This document shows positions 37,164-50,416 of a DNA stretch of 64,000 nt, piece by piece. Made by a program: the position numbers and the translations under genes. Origin of the DNA: Squalus acanthias (taxonomy: Eukaryota); NCBI GenBank assembly GCA_030390025.1, contig CM059433.1, positions 16,308,001 through 16,372,000 on the forward strand, given 5' to 3'. Each line of letters begins with the position of its first letter. Position 1 is the first letter of the stretch. The notes below the pieces were generated by a model, which saw nothing but the letters and a program-made list of their open reading frames with translations, ran no database searches and was not told the origin of the DNA.

Positions 37164-37345
37164 TAATGCGGAGATGCCGGTGTTGGACTGGGGTGGACAA
37201 AAATGAGAAGTCGCACAACACCAGGTTATAGTCCAACAGTTTTATTTAAAATTACGAGCTTTCGACGAAGGAGCAGCAGCTCCGAAAGCTCGTAATTTTA
37301 AATAAAACTGTTGGACTATAACCTGGTGTTGTGCGACTTCTCATT
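37164..37345 (-). mobile_element. Penelope-like terminus hairpin, second copy, with a hammerhead remnant
   Basis: About 66-bp perfect arms and the same tail in reverse orientation, with a 13-bp TSD TTTGAAGGGAGAA. The centre reads GACGA-A-GGAGC agca GCTCC-GAAA. Confidence 0.75.
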
Positions 37346-37429
37346 TTTGAAGGGAGAAAGTATTTTTAATGTACAAAGATTTTGATTGCAAAACTTACCA
37401 AGAGTGAATGTTTAACGAGGTAGGGAGCA

Positions 37430-38349
37430 CCAGGATTTTGACCCAGCGACGATGAAGGATCGGCGATATATTTCCAAGTCAGGATGGTGTGTGACTTGGA
37501 GGGGAATTTGGAGGTGGTGGTGTTCCCATGCGTCTGTTCCCCTTGTCCTTCTAGGTGGTAGAGGTCACGGGTTTGGGAGGTGCTGCCAAAGAAGCCTTGG
37601 CGAGTTGCTGCAGTGCATCTTGTACCTTGTACCCACTGCAGCCACGGTACGCCGGTGGTGGAGGGAGTGAATGTTTAAGGTGGCAGATGGAGTGCCAATC
37701 AAGCGGGCTACTTTGTCCTGGATGGTGTCGAGCTTCTTGAGTGTTGTTGGAGTTGCACTCATCCAGGCAAGTGGAGATTATTCCATCACACTCCTGACTT
37801 GTGCCTTGTAGATGGTGGAAAGGCTTTGGGGTGTCAGCACATGAGTCAGTCGCCACAGAATACCCTGCCTCTGACCTGCTCTTGTAGCCACAGTATTTAT
37901 GTGGCTTGTCCAGTTGGGTTTCTGGTCAATGGTGACCCCCCAGGATGTTGATGGTGGGGGATTCAGCGATGGTAATCCCATTGAATGTCATGGGGCAGTG
38001 GTTAGACTCTCGCTTGTTGGAGGTAATCATTGCCTGGCACTTACGTGGCGCAAATGTTACTTGCCACTTATCAGCCGACGCCTGAATGTCGTCCAGGTCT
38101 TGCTGCATGCAGGCATAGACTGCTTCATTATCTGAGGAGTTGTGAATGGCACTGAACACTGTGCAGTCATCAGTGAACATCCCCATTTCTGACCTTATGT
38201 TGGAGGAAGGTCATTGATGAAGTAGCTGAAGATGGTTGGGCCTAGGAGACTGCCCTGAGGAACATTCGGTCAAATGCTGCCTTGATGTCAAGGGCAGTCA
38301 CTCTCACCTCACCTCTGGAATTCAGCTCTTATGTCCATGGTTGGACCAA
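37430..38349 (-). mobile_element. LINE family B RT C-terminal fragment
   Basis: Homologous to about 8093-9150 with an internal deletion; MFTDDCTVF, ADKWQVTFAP. Confidence 0.9.
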
Positions 38350-39184
38350 CTTCTACCTCAACTCTACTTTCCCACCCTATCCCCATATCCCTTGATTCCC
38401 TTAATATCCAAAAATCTCTCGATCTCTGTCTTGAATATACTCAACGACTGAGCATCAACAGCCCTCTGGGGTAGAGAATTCCAAAGTTTCGCAACCCTTT
38501 GAGTGAAGAAATTTCTCCTCATCTCACTCCTAAATGGTCAACCTTTTATTCTGAGACTGTGACCCCTGGTCTAGACTCCACAGCCAAGGCAAACATCCTC
38601 CCTGCATCTACCCTGTCAAGCCCCTTAAGAATTTTATATGTTTCAATGAGATCACCTCTCATTCTTCTAAACTTAAGGGAATTTAGACCTTGTCTATTCA
38701 ATCGCTCCTCACAGGACAGTCTCCCCATCCCAGTAATCAGTCTAGTGAACCTTTGTTGCACTCCCTCTAAGGCAAGTGTATACTTCCTTAGGTAAGAAGA
38801 CCAAAACTGTACACAGTGTGGTCTCACCAAGGCCCTATATAATTGCAATAAGACTTCTTTACTCTTATATTTCAAACCCTTTGTAATAAAGGCTAACATA
38901 CCATTTGCTTTCCTAATTGGCTGCTGTACATGCATGTTACCTTTCCGTGATTTGTGCACAAGGACACCCGGGTCCCTCTGAATACCAACATTTCCCAGTC
39001 TCTCGCCTTCAAAATAAAATTCTGCTTTTCTATTTTTTCCTTCCAAAGTGGATAACTTCACATTTCTCCGCATTCTAGAAACAGAATCCTGCAGCACAGA
39101 AGGAGGCAATTCGGCCTATCATGCCTGTGCCGGCTCTTTGGTGGAGCTTTCCAATTAATCCCACTCCCCTGCACTTTCCCCATA
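38350..39184 (-). mobile_element. CR1 3' fragment plus a second short CR1 3' tail (39075-39184)
   Basis: ORF 38546..39109 is the CR1 ORF2 C-terminus; the tail matches 690-790 and 23141-23250. Confidence 0.88.
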
Positions 39185-39196
39185 CTAGTAACAGTC

Positions 39197-41050
39197 TGTT
39201 AGCGAAAAATATAAAAACGGATTGTAAAAGCTTCTATAGGTATGTGAAAAGGAAAAGACTGGCAAAGGTAAATGTAGGTCCTTTACAGTCAGAGACGGGA
39301 GAATTTATAATGGGGAATGAGGAAATGGCAGAGAAATTAAATAAATACTTTGTTTCTGTCTTCACGGAGGAAGACACAAAAAAGTACGAGAAAAGCAAGG
39401 GTGTGGCGAGAATGAGGAACTTAAAGAAATTATTATTAGTAAAAAAAACAGTACTCGCAAAATTAATGGGACTAAAAGTCGATAAATCCCAAGGACCGGA
39501 TGACCTACATCCTATGGTTTTGAAAGAGGTGGCCATTGGGATAGTGGACGCAATGGTTGTCATCTTCCAAAATTCTATAGATTCTGGAACAGTTCCTGCA
39601 GATTGGAGGATAGCAAATGTAACCCCGCTATTTAAGAAAGGAGGGAGAGAGAAAACGGGGAACTACAGACCTGTTAGCCTCACATCAGTAGTTGGGAAAA
39701 TGCTGGAATCTATTATAAAGGATGCAATAACTGGGCACTTAGAAACTAATAGTAAGATTGGGCAGAGTCAACATGGAGTTATGAAAAGGAAATCCTGTTT
39801 AACAAACCTATTGGAGTTCTTTGAGGATGTAACTAGTGGAGTAGACAAAGGGGAACCGGTAGATGTGTATCTGGATTTTCAGAAGGCCTTCGATAAGGTC
39901 CCACACAAGAGGTTGGTGAACAAAATTAGGGCACATGGAATTGGGGGTAATACACTAGCATGGATTAAGAATTGGTTAACAGACAGAAAACAAAGAGTAG
40001 TGATAAACGGGTCTTTTTCAGGATGGCAGGCTGTGACTAGTGGGGTACCGCAAGAATCAGTGCTTGGGCCCCAGCTATTCACAATCTATATCAATGATTT
40101 GGATGAGGGGACTAAATGTAACATTTCCAAATTTGCTGATGATACAAAGCTAGGTGGCAGTGTCAGTTGTGAAGAGGCTTCAAGGGGATCTCGACAGGCT
40201 CAGTGAGTGGGCGAGAACATGGCAGATGGAATATAATGTGGATAAATGTGAAGTTATCCACTTTGGTAGAAAAAACAGAAAGGCAGAGTATTTCCTAAAT
40301 GGTGAAAGATTGAGGAATGCAGATGCTCAACGGGACATGGGTGTCCTTGTACATGAGTCACTGAAAGTGAATGTGCAGGTGCAGCAAGCCATTAGGAAGG
40401 CAAATGGTATGCTGGCCTTCATTACAAGAGGATTTGAGTACAGGAGTAAAGAAGTCTTACTCCAATTATATAGGGCCTTGGTGAGACCGCACCTGGAGTA
40501 CTGTGTACAATTTTGGACTCCTTACTTAAAGAAGGATATACTTGCCATAGAGGGAGTGCAACGAAGGTTCACGAGATTGATTCCTGGGATGGCGGGACTG
40601 TCGTATGAGAAGAGATTGAGTAAACTAGGCCTGTATTCTCTTGAATTCAGAAGAATGTTAGGGAATCTCATTGAAGCATACAAAATTATTACAGGGCTTG
40701 ATAGGGTGGATGCTGGGAGAATGTTTCCCTTGGCTGGGTGTCTAGAACCAGGGGCCACAGCCTCAGGATAAAGGGTAGGCCATTCAGGACTGAGATGAGA
40801 AGAAATTTCTTCACACAGAGGGTGGTGAATCTTTGGAATTCTCTACCCCTGATGGCTGTGGAGGCTCAGTCATTGGGTATATTCAAAACAGAAGTCGATG
40901 GATTTCTGACTAGTAAGGGCATCAAGGGATATGGCGATAGGGCTGGTGAATGGAGTTGAGGCAGAAGATCAGCCATGATCTCATTGAATGGTGGAGCAGG
41001 CTCGAAGGGCCGAATGGCCTACTCCTGCTCCTATTTCTTATGTTCTTATG
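39197..41050 (+). mobile_element. 5'-truncated CR1 LINE
   Basis: ORFs 39121..40206, 40154..40771 and 40738..40959 contain [22 protein letters not shown] and FADDTKL, followed by a CTTATGTTCTTATG tail. Confidence 0.95.
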
Positions 41051-42234
41051 TTAGATTGGAAACAAACTAGTACCCAGTTTTTAAAAAGTGACAAAACAGG
41101 CAACTGCAGGTTCATTACTTTTGTATCAATACTGGGTAAAATAATGGAAATAATTATTAGAAATCAACCTCCTTGACTTTTTGTTTTGATAAAATGACAG
41201 CTTAAATGGACTGTGGAAAACCTACCACATGGTCGGGGGGGGGGGGGAGCGTTGGGGGGTCTCCTTTTCGGGGTGGAGTTCCAGCTGGGCAGGACTTCCA
41301 AGTATCCACCCTGGGTTGGTGTTCATTACACATGCATGGTGGAATTCCCGTCGTTAAGAGGAAGGTGCCAGTGCGAGGGTGGAGAATCCAGCAGTGCTAC
41401 AGTGGGGGTGCTACTCCACTGCAGCACCAGGACAGCAGGGAGCGCCGTTAAAGGGGCAGAAATGTCTCAAAGATCCAACCAGATGTCCCAATGATGGCCT
41501 CGGATAAGACTGAGGCCTTTACCAGGTAAGATTTGGAGGCTGAATGGGGGAAGTAGAGGCCACTACAAGGCCCTCTCCATCCATGGAGGCACCTCGGAGC
41601 CCTTACCAATGGTATCTGGGACCTACCACCACCTTTGCCATGGTTGCCCTGGGGAGCAGCTGTAACTCGGGTGGACAGGAAGGAAATCCACTGGAGACCC
41701 AGGCCCTACCCCCACTAGCCGCGATTTACATGCGACGGGTGCAGAGAAGTGGCCAGCGGTGCAAGGGGAGGGACATCCTAGTCAGGTGGTAATGACCATG
41801 CACAAGAGACGAGGCTAGAATATACATGCACGATGCCATCCTCTCTCGTTATAACATCTCATGCAATCTTAATAGCCAGCCTCCTTAGATGCCTGCTCAC
41901 ATCGGTGTCAGGGTACAGCCTGCCCGTGCACCTGCAGTGGTGAAGCAACCTGCTGAAGAGTCCCAGGACTCTGGAACCCTGAGACAAAGGCCACCTTGGT
42001 CCCAAGAGGCTCATGATACCACAGTGCAGCCAAGCAACACTGGTGTCCCTGGCCCACGGTTAGCATATGCAGCAGCAGAATAAGTTTGAGAACAGCAAAG
42101 AAATCTTAGGCTTTTATAAATATCTGTGCACAGTTAAACCACTTTGTGATCAGAAATCCAGTATTCTAAAGCAAGTCTTTCTTTGTTTTTTTTGTGTTTG
42201 AGTGTACGTTTGGAGGTCAGTTTACAATGAGAGA

Positions 42235-42448
42235 CCGTAGCTCCTTCTGTCTTAAGCAGATTTCTGCTGAGACATCATCGAGGAAGCAATTTGGTCTGTA
42301 GGCACTGGTGGCAAGATACCTCCCCAGTTGATCGTCTTGCCTTTTGCTGTAGCCTTACCCTACTTGTCTATCTTATTTCCTCTTCATCCTGCTCTTGTTT
42401 TGCCTCCAGCATAAAGATATATATGGGAATGCCCATAGTGAAACCCAT
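42235..42448 (-). pseudogene. Decayed Harbinger transposase N-terminus
   Basis: MGFTMGIP...EQDEEEIR...RYLATSAYRPNCFLDDVSAEICLRQ parallels the YR...FLDLSEEQC motif at 260-330. Confidence 0.45.
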
Positions 42449-44287
42449 GGGTATTGGCTCCATTGCAGAAGGGTAGAGGATCAAGATTTCCCTGCCTGCA
42501 ACTGCTGAAAAGCATCTTGGAGTTCTTACTTTAATTGCACAGCTGAAGAAACATTATTCTCATTACTCTAGTCAAAGCTGATGTTTCACACAAAGTTTGT
42601 CAACATTCAAAGCATGTGAACGCGACCATTTCCTGGTTTGACGGGTAGCTTACCCCTCTTCTCTACAGGCTTAAATGATGTTGGGCACAATTCCAGTGTA
42701 AATGTCAACATTTCTGGGTCAACAACTTACATGCTTGTGTGATCCTGTCATTTTTAAACATACAGCATTGTGTGACGGCGGTCACATATTCTGCCAGCAG
42801 TCAATCCCATCTGTACTTAGCACGTATTTTAGCATGGAACATCTGACTGACATCCCAAGGCCAGAAATGCATACTTACAAAACAAATTGAAATTTCAAGA
42901 CTCAGGTTCTTTTTGGATGGATGAATTGGGATGAGTCAAATAGCCTTCCTCTCTGTAACTGTTTTATGAAACCAACATAGAAAAGAGGAATCAAACCGCT
43001 TTACATAAGTATTGATCCAACTGGTTCCTTTTGTCACATTTTGTTCTTGTTTTAACCTTGGACTTGTAATGTTCCGTGCTGCAGTTCCTTTTAATACATA
43101 AATAATTGAATTCCATATTACAACTAAAATTTTAACATAACACCCTGCTCTTTCATTTTATCATTCGACTCTTGAGTTGTTAAGAACAGTGTTGAGTGGA
43201 AATGGGATCACGTTGAATTTGTTTCTTCGTCTTGCTTATTTATGTTGCAAATGTTACCGCTGTGTAAAATGTTACTGTTTAAGTTTGCTTAAGTGTTTCT
43301 TAAGGGAGCTTTGTGTTTCAATACCCTCGTGTCGTATAGATTTTAAGATGTACGACTTTGTGAATGGTAGTTTGAGCATCAAATGGTGCCGCAAAGTGCA
43401 GACCAAAGTCCCTCCTCATGGGTGGAGAGAGACTCGCTTAGGAAATTTCCATGGAGCACCCTTCTGTAGCTTCCTAGCACCTAGCCACGAATAGCACTGG
43501 GAGTTGCAAGAAAGCAGGCTGTGTGTGCCTTCTTGGCTGAAGAAGTTGAATGGCCCTGGAGCTGCTGGTTTGATCAGGACACTGGCTTGCGGCAAGAGTT
43601 GGTTCTTCCTGAAAAACAGGAGCGAAGAAAATGTCAAAATCCTGACTCAAATAGCCACCTTCACGCACCGCTTCCAGCGCACAATACTCTGTGATGTTAC
43701 AGAAGGTCAGTGAGTGGCAGTCACTCGGGGACGTTACTTGATGAACATTACTGTGTTCATCATGAGGTTGGGAGAAACCACTGGTTTCACTGCCCTCCAC
43801 CCCATTTCCTTGATGCTCTCCCAGACAACGCTGTTGAGGGTGGTCTCCTCAAAAAGGGGTCGGTGGTTGAAATGCTTGGACCCACAGCTGTATGGGTCTA
43901 TTTATGATGATTGTAGACCATCTTGTCCTGCAAGCTGAAGAATAGCACTAAGATAGTGAAAATACAGAGAGCGGTGATGATGTTGTACAGCTGCACAGCT
44001 TCTGGGGCATACTGTATGCTACAAATGAAAGGTATGAAATACTTCTGTGGGGCTCAATTGTTTCTGTGCTTGCAGATTGATATGGGCACTTGGTAATTGT
44101 AAGTAGATCATGCATCCGATTAGAACATTCCTTGAGCTGTTTCTACTATGGCAATGCTGCATCTGAGGAACTTGTTACTGCTTAGTATCTTCCGGCATGA
44201 AAGGATTAAAATGTTAGCAGAGATTACATTCTTGACTCTTGCTAGTGGTAGGTTGCTTCTCGTGCGTCACTGTTACTTTCGGCTTAT

Positions 44288-44665
44288 CACTCCAGAGACT
44301 TGAGCACAGATATCTAGGCTGACACTCTAGTGCAGTACTGAGGGAGTTTGCACTGTCTGAGGTGCTGTCTTTCGGATGAGATGTTAAACCGAAGCCCCAT
44401 CTGCTCTCTAAGGTGGATGTAACAGATCCCATGGCACTATTTCGAAGAAGAGCAGGGGAGTTATCCCCTGTGTCCTGGCCAATATTTATCCCTCAATCAA
44501 CATCCCTAAAAAAGAGATTATCTGGTCATTATCACATTGTTGTTTGTGGGAGCTTGCTGTGTGCAAATTGGCTGCTGTGTTTCCCACATTACAACAGTGA
44601 CTACACTTCAAAAAGCACTTCATTGGCTGGAAAGCACTTTGGGACGTCCTGAGGTCATGAAGGAC
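44288..44665 (+). mobile_element. Deu-domain SINE (SacSINE1-like)
   Basis: GCTGACACTCTAGTGCAGTACTGAGGGAG, TCTTTCGGATGAGATGTTAAACC, L2-type tail; colinear with 17918-18222. Confidence 0.9.
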
Positions 44666-44668
44666 AAG

Positions 44669-46054
44669 TTCTCCCTTCCCCCCCCCCCCCCCTCTCCCTC
44701 CCTTCCCTCCCTCCCTTCCCTTCCCTTCCTTCCCTCCCTCCCTTCCCTTCCTTCCCTCCCTCCCTTCCCCTCCCCTCCCTTCCCTTCCCCTCCCTCCCCT
44801 CCCCTCCCTTCCCCTCCCCTCCCTTCCCCTCCCCTCCCCTCCCTTCCCTTCCCTTCCCTTCCCCTCCCTTCCCTTCCCCTCCCCTCCCTTCCCTTCCCCT
44901 CCCCTCCCTTCCCTTCCCCTCCCTTCCCTTCCCCTCCCTTCCCTTCCCCTCCCTTCCCTTCCCCTCCCTTCCCTTCCCCTCCCCTTCCCTTCCCCTCCCT
45001 TCCCTTCCCCTCCCCTCCCTTCCCCTCCCTTCCCCTCCCCTCCCCTCCCTTCCCTTCCCCTCCCTTCCCTTCCCCCTCCCTTCCCTTCCCCCTCCCTTCC
45101 CTTCCCCCTCCCTTCCCTTCCCCCTCCCTTCCCTTCCCCCTCCCTTCCCCCTCCCTTCCCTTCCCCCTCCCTTCCCTTCCCCCTCCCTTCCCTTCCCCCT
45201 CCCTTCCCTTCCCCCTCCCTTCCCTTCCCCCTCCCTTCCCTTCCCCCTCCCTTCCCTTCCCCCTCCCTTCCCTTCCCCCTCCCTTCCCTTCCCCCTCCCT
45301 TCCCTTCCCCCTCCCTTCCCTTCCCCCTCCCTTCCCTTCCCCCTCCCTTCCCTTCCCCCTCCCTTCCCTTCCCCCTCCCTTCCCTTCCCTTCCCTTCCCC
45401 CTCCCTTCCCTTCCCCCTCCCTTCCCTTCCCCCTCCCTTCCCTTCCCTTCCCCCTCCCTTCCCTTCCCTTCCCCCTCCCTTCCCTTCCCTTCCCCCTCCC
45501 TTCCCTTCCCTTCCCCCTCCCTTCCCTTCCCTTCCCCCTCCCTTCCCTTCCCTTCCCCCTCCCTTCCCTTCCCTTCCCCCTCCCTTCCCTTCCCTTCCCC
45601 CTCCCTTCCCTTCCCCCTCCCTTCCCTTCCCCCTCCCTTCCCTTCCCCCTCCCTTCCCTTCCCCCTCCCTTCCCTTCCCCCTCCCTTCCCTTCCCCCTCC
45701 CTTCCCTTCCCCCTCCCTTCCCTTCCCCCTCCCTTCCCTTCCCTCTCCCCCCTCCCTTCCCTTCCCTCTCCCCCCTCCCTTCCCTTCCCCCTCCCTTCCC
45801 TTCCCCCTCCCTTCCCTTCCCCCTCCCTTCCCTTCCCCCTCCCTTCCCTTCCCCCTCCCTTCCCTTCCCCCTCCCTTCCCTTCCCCCTCCCTTCCCTTCC
45901 CCCTCCCTTCCCTTCCCCCTCCCTTCCCTTCCCCTTCCCTTCCCTCCCCTTCCCTTCCCTTCCCCTCCCCTTCCCTTCCCCTCCCCTTCCCTTCCCTTCC
46001 CCTCCCCTCCCCTCCCCTTCCCTACTTCCTTCCTTCCTTCCTTCCCTCCCTCCT
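44669..46054. repeat. About 1.4-kb polypyrimidine/polypurine micro/minisatellite (CCCTT/CCCCT units)
   Basis: Almost exclusively C/T, with blocks of 16-nt (CCCCCTCCCTTCCCTT) and 21-nt higher-order units. Confidence 0.98.
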
Positions 46055-46756
46055 ACATTGCTTAATGTCTGACCTCATCCTGATACCCTACCAAATCCTG
46101 AGGTTCAGAAGGCAGTATTGACGCATTATACATCCTTCCCTCTGCCTGATGCACCAAGCATTCAGAGGGGGTGAGAGATGACCATCAGTCCTACAGAGTC
46201 TGAAGCTCCCTCGGTCACTCCTAGTAGCAAGGCTTCCAAAACTTCACGGTAAATCTTGCTTTACTTTGTATGAAAAACAGCATTGCTGAGGAAAATTGTG
46301 TTAACAGCTGGCCTGGTTTTCCCCTGTGCTATTTCAAGGGTTTAATGGCTACTCAGTGCACTTAACAAGTGGCCCTCAATTAAATAATGTGAGACCTCAT
46401 TGTCAGGCCTGCTGTGTAGGAATTCAAGTACATGTTTTAATACATCCACTAAAATCAGTCAAAGCTAGAGGTTTTTGAGCATCTTTTGTGCCATTCAAAG
46501 CTTGAAATAACACTGTTAGTCCTTGCTTAGTGCATGAACAGTAATTTCCAGATAATATCGCTAAATTGATTTGCTTCATTTACAAAAATCGTGCTCATCT
46601 TTTTCTGTCATTCTTCACCCCATCACCTATAAAATTGCTTATGTCATGCTCCTTTATGGATTCTTTTTCACAGTCCCTTCCTATGTTTGCAGTGCCTTTA
46701 AGTATTTATAGGCACTGCATATATATTTTACTACTCCCAAGTAAAATTAATTTGCA

Positions 46757-46860
46757 ATAAAAACAGAAAATGCTGGGAACACTGATCACATCAGGGAAGC
46801 CTCTGTGGAGACGGGAAGGGAGTGTTAACATTTCGGGTCAGTGACTTTTCGTCAGAATAT
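46757..46860 (-). mobile_element. Degenerate copy of the hammerhead-bearing short element
   Basis: The minus strand reads TTCTGACGAAAAGTCACTGACCCGAAATGTTAAC...CCAGCATTTTCTGTTTTTATT. Confidence 0.65.
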
Positions 46861-46933
46861 GAATCTGCGGTGGTTTTTGTTTTGTCGTGATGTTTATTTC
46901 ATGGTGGGAAACTTGTCAACAAAGGTACCCAAT

Positions 46934-47079
46934 GGCCTGGAACTTCCTCAGAACCACTTCTGCTCCGCCACCGTAACTTCACCGGAAACCCCGTTTTATG
47001 CCTGTAAACAAGATTTCCACTGCACGTCTGGCGAAGTTATGGCGGCAGAACGGGAGTAGCTCCGAGGAAATTCACGCCC
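46934..47079. mobile_element. Small palindromic Harbinger-type MITE
   Basis: About 53-bp imperfect inverted arms starting GGCCTGGAACTTCCTC and ending GAGGAAATTCACGCCC; flanks AAT/AAC. Confidence 0.7.
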
Positions 47080-47299
47080 AACGATTTATCACTTGTGTGA
47101 AAGATGCCAGCAGAAAATATATCTCTTTAACCTTCACAAAAATGTTTCGCTCTTTTTGACCGAATGTGCAATAAACTTAAAGTAAATGCTTACTGAAACA
47201 ATTCAGCCTCTCTAATATCTGCCTACCTTTTAAACTGTACACGACAATTTAGATTAAAACTCCATTGCAGTATTTGAAAAGAAAAATACACCGTAAAAC

Positions 47300-47532
47300 A
47301 TTTGTACAGAATTGCTGGGCAGTTGGTGGGCAATTAACCCAACTCTGTGCCAGCATGAGGATTTCCCCATCGGTGCGGATCATCTGTCAAGTCATAACTT
47401 TACAGATCGCAAGTTCGGGATTTAGCACATGCGCAATCGCATACGGAAATCCCGAACTTGCGGTCCATTTCAAAGGCAGTATGACCACTTACTCTGAGAG
47501 TACGCCGTCATACCCACAGCAAATTCTGGTCC
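47300..47532. mobile_element. Harbinger-type MITE related to 15333-16091
   Basis: Shares the GCAAGTTCGGGATTT...AATCCCGAACTTGCGG hairpin and the right end GCAAATTCTGGTCC. Confidence 0.55.
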
Positions 47533-47558
47533 ATTGTGTTCAAATGGAAATGCCCTAT

Positions 47559-47990
47559 GCTCGCTTGATTGGCACCCCATCCACCACCTTAAACATTCAC
47601 CCTCTCTATCACCGGCGCACCGTGGCTGCAGTGTGTACCATCTACAAGATGCACTGCAGCAACTCGCCAAGGCTTCTTCGGCAGCACCTCCCAAACCCGC
47701 AACCTCTTCCACCTAGAAGGTCAAGGGCAGCAGGTGCATGGGAACACCATCACCTGCAAGTTCCCCTCCAAGTTGCACACCATCCTGACTTGGAAATATA
47801 TCGCTGTTCCTTCATCGTTGCTGGGTCAAAAATCGTGGAACTCTCTCTCTAACAGCACTGTGGGAGTACCTTCAAGGACTGCAGCGGTTCAAGAAGGCGG
47901 CTCACCACCACCTTCTCAAGGGCAATTAGGGATGGGCAATAAATGCTGGTCTTGCCAGTGACGCCCACATCCCAGAACGAATTTTAAAAA
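47559..47990 (+). mobile_element. LINE family B 3' fragment
   Basis: HRRTVAAVCTIYKMHC and the tail GGCAATAAATGCTGG...GCCCACATCCC. Confidence 0.9.
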
Positions 47991-49826
47991 ATTTTTCCAG
48001 CAAGTGCGTTACCTCTATTGTGTGTGTATATAGAACAGTCAACTTTCTCACAAGATAACAGATCCAGTGACATTGATTTGCACTTGCTGATTGCATTTAA
48101 ACAAGTACCATCATTTTCTTTAGCTTCATTTATCTCTGACAATAGAATAAGAGACATTTAAGCTAGCAGCCCTGAAACTTATTTGTTTTGAGGCCTCAAT
48201 CCCAAATCAGTTCATTTTATTAGAAGTTTTCTTCGTGTCTTCCCTGGTATGCTACAGAAATGCTTAAAACGTGTACACTAAATATAAACAGCCATCTGGC
48301 GTTGTCCTCCGTATTATTGACTTAGTGCAATTACGTAACGTGCCTTAATTCCAACAGTTAAAGCAGGAAGAAGGAAATCCCAGAAAATAATTATTCAGGG
48401 ACCATGATTTGATTAATTTCTCCAAATGCCTAAAATAAAAATTGGCGCATGTCTGTCATTTATTTAAAAGTGCATTCTTTCAAAAAATGTGCGTTACTTG
48501 TAACACATCTAAAACTAGGAAATCATAACTTATAATGTAGAAAAGCTTATTGACAATTTCTTACTGTCTAGATGTGAGGTTTAAAGAACAACCAAACAAT
48601 CATTTAGTAGTTCAGGAATTAAGTAGATTGAAAACCGAGCAGCTATGAAGTTGGGAGCATGATAACTGTGAACACTACATTCTCTGGTTCACTACCATTC
48701 TCCCACTGTTGCCCTTATAAAATAATAATATAGCAAAGGTTTTCTATATTTTTATATTTTAAGTATTTAACTATTTATTACAGTATAATTAACCTGACGA
48801 ATGCTAAAAATAATAGAACACTTTTGTTCAGTAAATGCTACATGCCCCAGATTAAGAGTCAATTTTATTACGTTACACTCTTACAACGGAGCTTCTTTAC
48901 GTGCCAGGAAAACATATCAGGAATTTAGACGTTGAGGTAAGTGGGCTCTGCAGAATTAAAATTAATTACCCAAAAAGAAAATGACAATAAAGTAGAATTA
49001 TCTAAAATATGATATAGAACTGATTTTTCTGTGCATTTTTCAGTAAAACAGTTACATAAGTCCTGGTATTGTTGCAGTGTGTTCACAGTAGATCAGTTAT
49101 CAATTGTTCTACAAGGGCTGTTGAAAAATTATTTCTGAACTGATTTGTTTTTCAAGTTTGTCAAAACATGTTGATTTTGATGACTCGGGGTGGGGGCGGT
49201 AACTAACAGATGGTACATTAATTATCGAGAAGCCTGGGTAAAGGGTCCATGGGACACTGGCAAGGTTAAAAAGAGGCCACTACATAAATTAAGAAATAGT
49301 GGCTAGGTGACACCAAGCTTGGGTTTTAGAAGTCTGCAGAGTTTAGGTGGAAAGGAAACCTGAGGGAGGTAAGAAGGGCCACCGTTTCCAGGCACACTCA
49401 AAGAATGGGTTAGTGGTGCAACGAAGATATTCAGAAAACCGGGAGAGTATTATAAGGCTGTAATACACCAGACAGTATTAAGGCCATTGACAAATGCCAG
49501 TTATGTAACCTGTTTACATGGTAATAACATCACGACCCTGAAATTCTGCGAGGAGTTCTCCCGATCTCTCACAGTGACTTCCGAGATCAACGGAAGCCCC
49601 ATGGAATTTCACAGCCCAAATCTTTTCTTGCCTTTGATAGGTAACATATACATTTGTCTGAGTTTCCCATTCGAATTTTTGAATCTGAATTTGACCAGCA
49701 TAGTTCATTATTGCTGCCTAGATTTCAGTGCTTCTTTTGTATTATGTAATAAGAGGATTGAAATGTTATGACACTGAACTGATTTAACTGAAAATAAAAT
49801 ATCATCTCATGATAGGAAGAATTTAT

Positions 49827-50416
49827 GGGGGAAAAATTGAGTCGCACCCGCCCCGAAGAAGTTAGCGCCCCCACGGCTGAAATTGAGTGGTAGCGCCCCA
49901 CCTCCCTCTTGGGACACTGTGAGGGGCCTTGAGCAGCGCGACCCAGGGCCCAGCTGGGCCACCGAGATCGGAGTGCCGGCAAAAGAGCCCGGCACTCAAG
50001 AGAAGTGCCGGGCTCATGGAGTGCAGCTGGCACTCTGCGGGGGGGAGGGGTGCTCAGGAGGCCAGGGACGGCAGCGGAGGCAGGCGCTGGCAAGTGGCCA
50101 GCAACAAAAATGGCCGCCCAGCACCTCGCCTTTAAATAGCGCCGCCCCAGCCGCAGGTAGGCCCGTCGGACATAGCGTCCGGCGGTAAGTCAGGGGGCGC
50201 TACCGAAGATCGCGGCCAGGGCGCTGCGCACGACGATGACGTCATCGCCGGCGGCACAGCGCCGCGGGGCGCTAACAGTTACCGCCGCCACTAACCTCCC
50301 GCTGAATTTCGCGGGAGGCGTTGGCGGCGCCACGCCCAGGCACTAGTTGCTTTGCGCCCCGTTAGTGCCCTCTTAGGGCGTTAACGGGAGGCGCAAAGCA
50401 ACTGAATTTTTCCCCC
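49827..50416. mobile_element. CpG-rich Harbinger-type MITE with TAT TSD
   Basis: tat-GGGGGAAAAATTGAGT...ACTGAATTTTTCCCCC-tat, a 16-bp TIR with one mismatch. Confidence 0.88.

Noticed and set aside
43711..43713. Selenocysteine TGA between two in-frame ORFs
   Set aside because: No recognisable selenoprotein motif or SECIS, and the neighbouring in-frame stop is TAG.
44537..46072. 511-aa Pro/Ser/Phe/Leu-rich ORF
   Set aside because: Artefact of a C/T-only repeat that cannot contain stop codons; its start lies in a SINE.
49827..50416. Host CpG-island promoter (also 54831-55457)
   Set aside because: The CpG-rich sequence is bounded exactly by TIRs (and a TSD for 49827-50416), so it is a young MITE.
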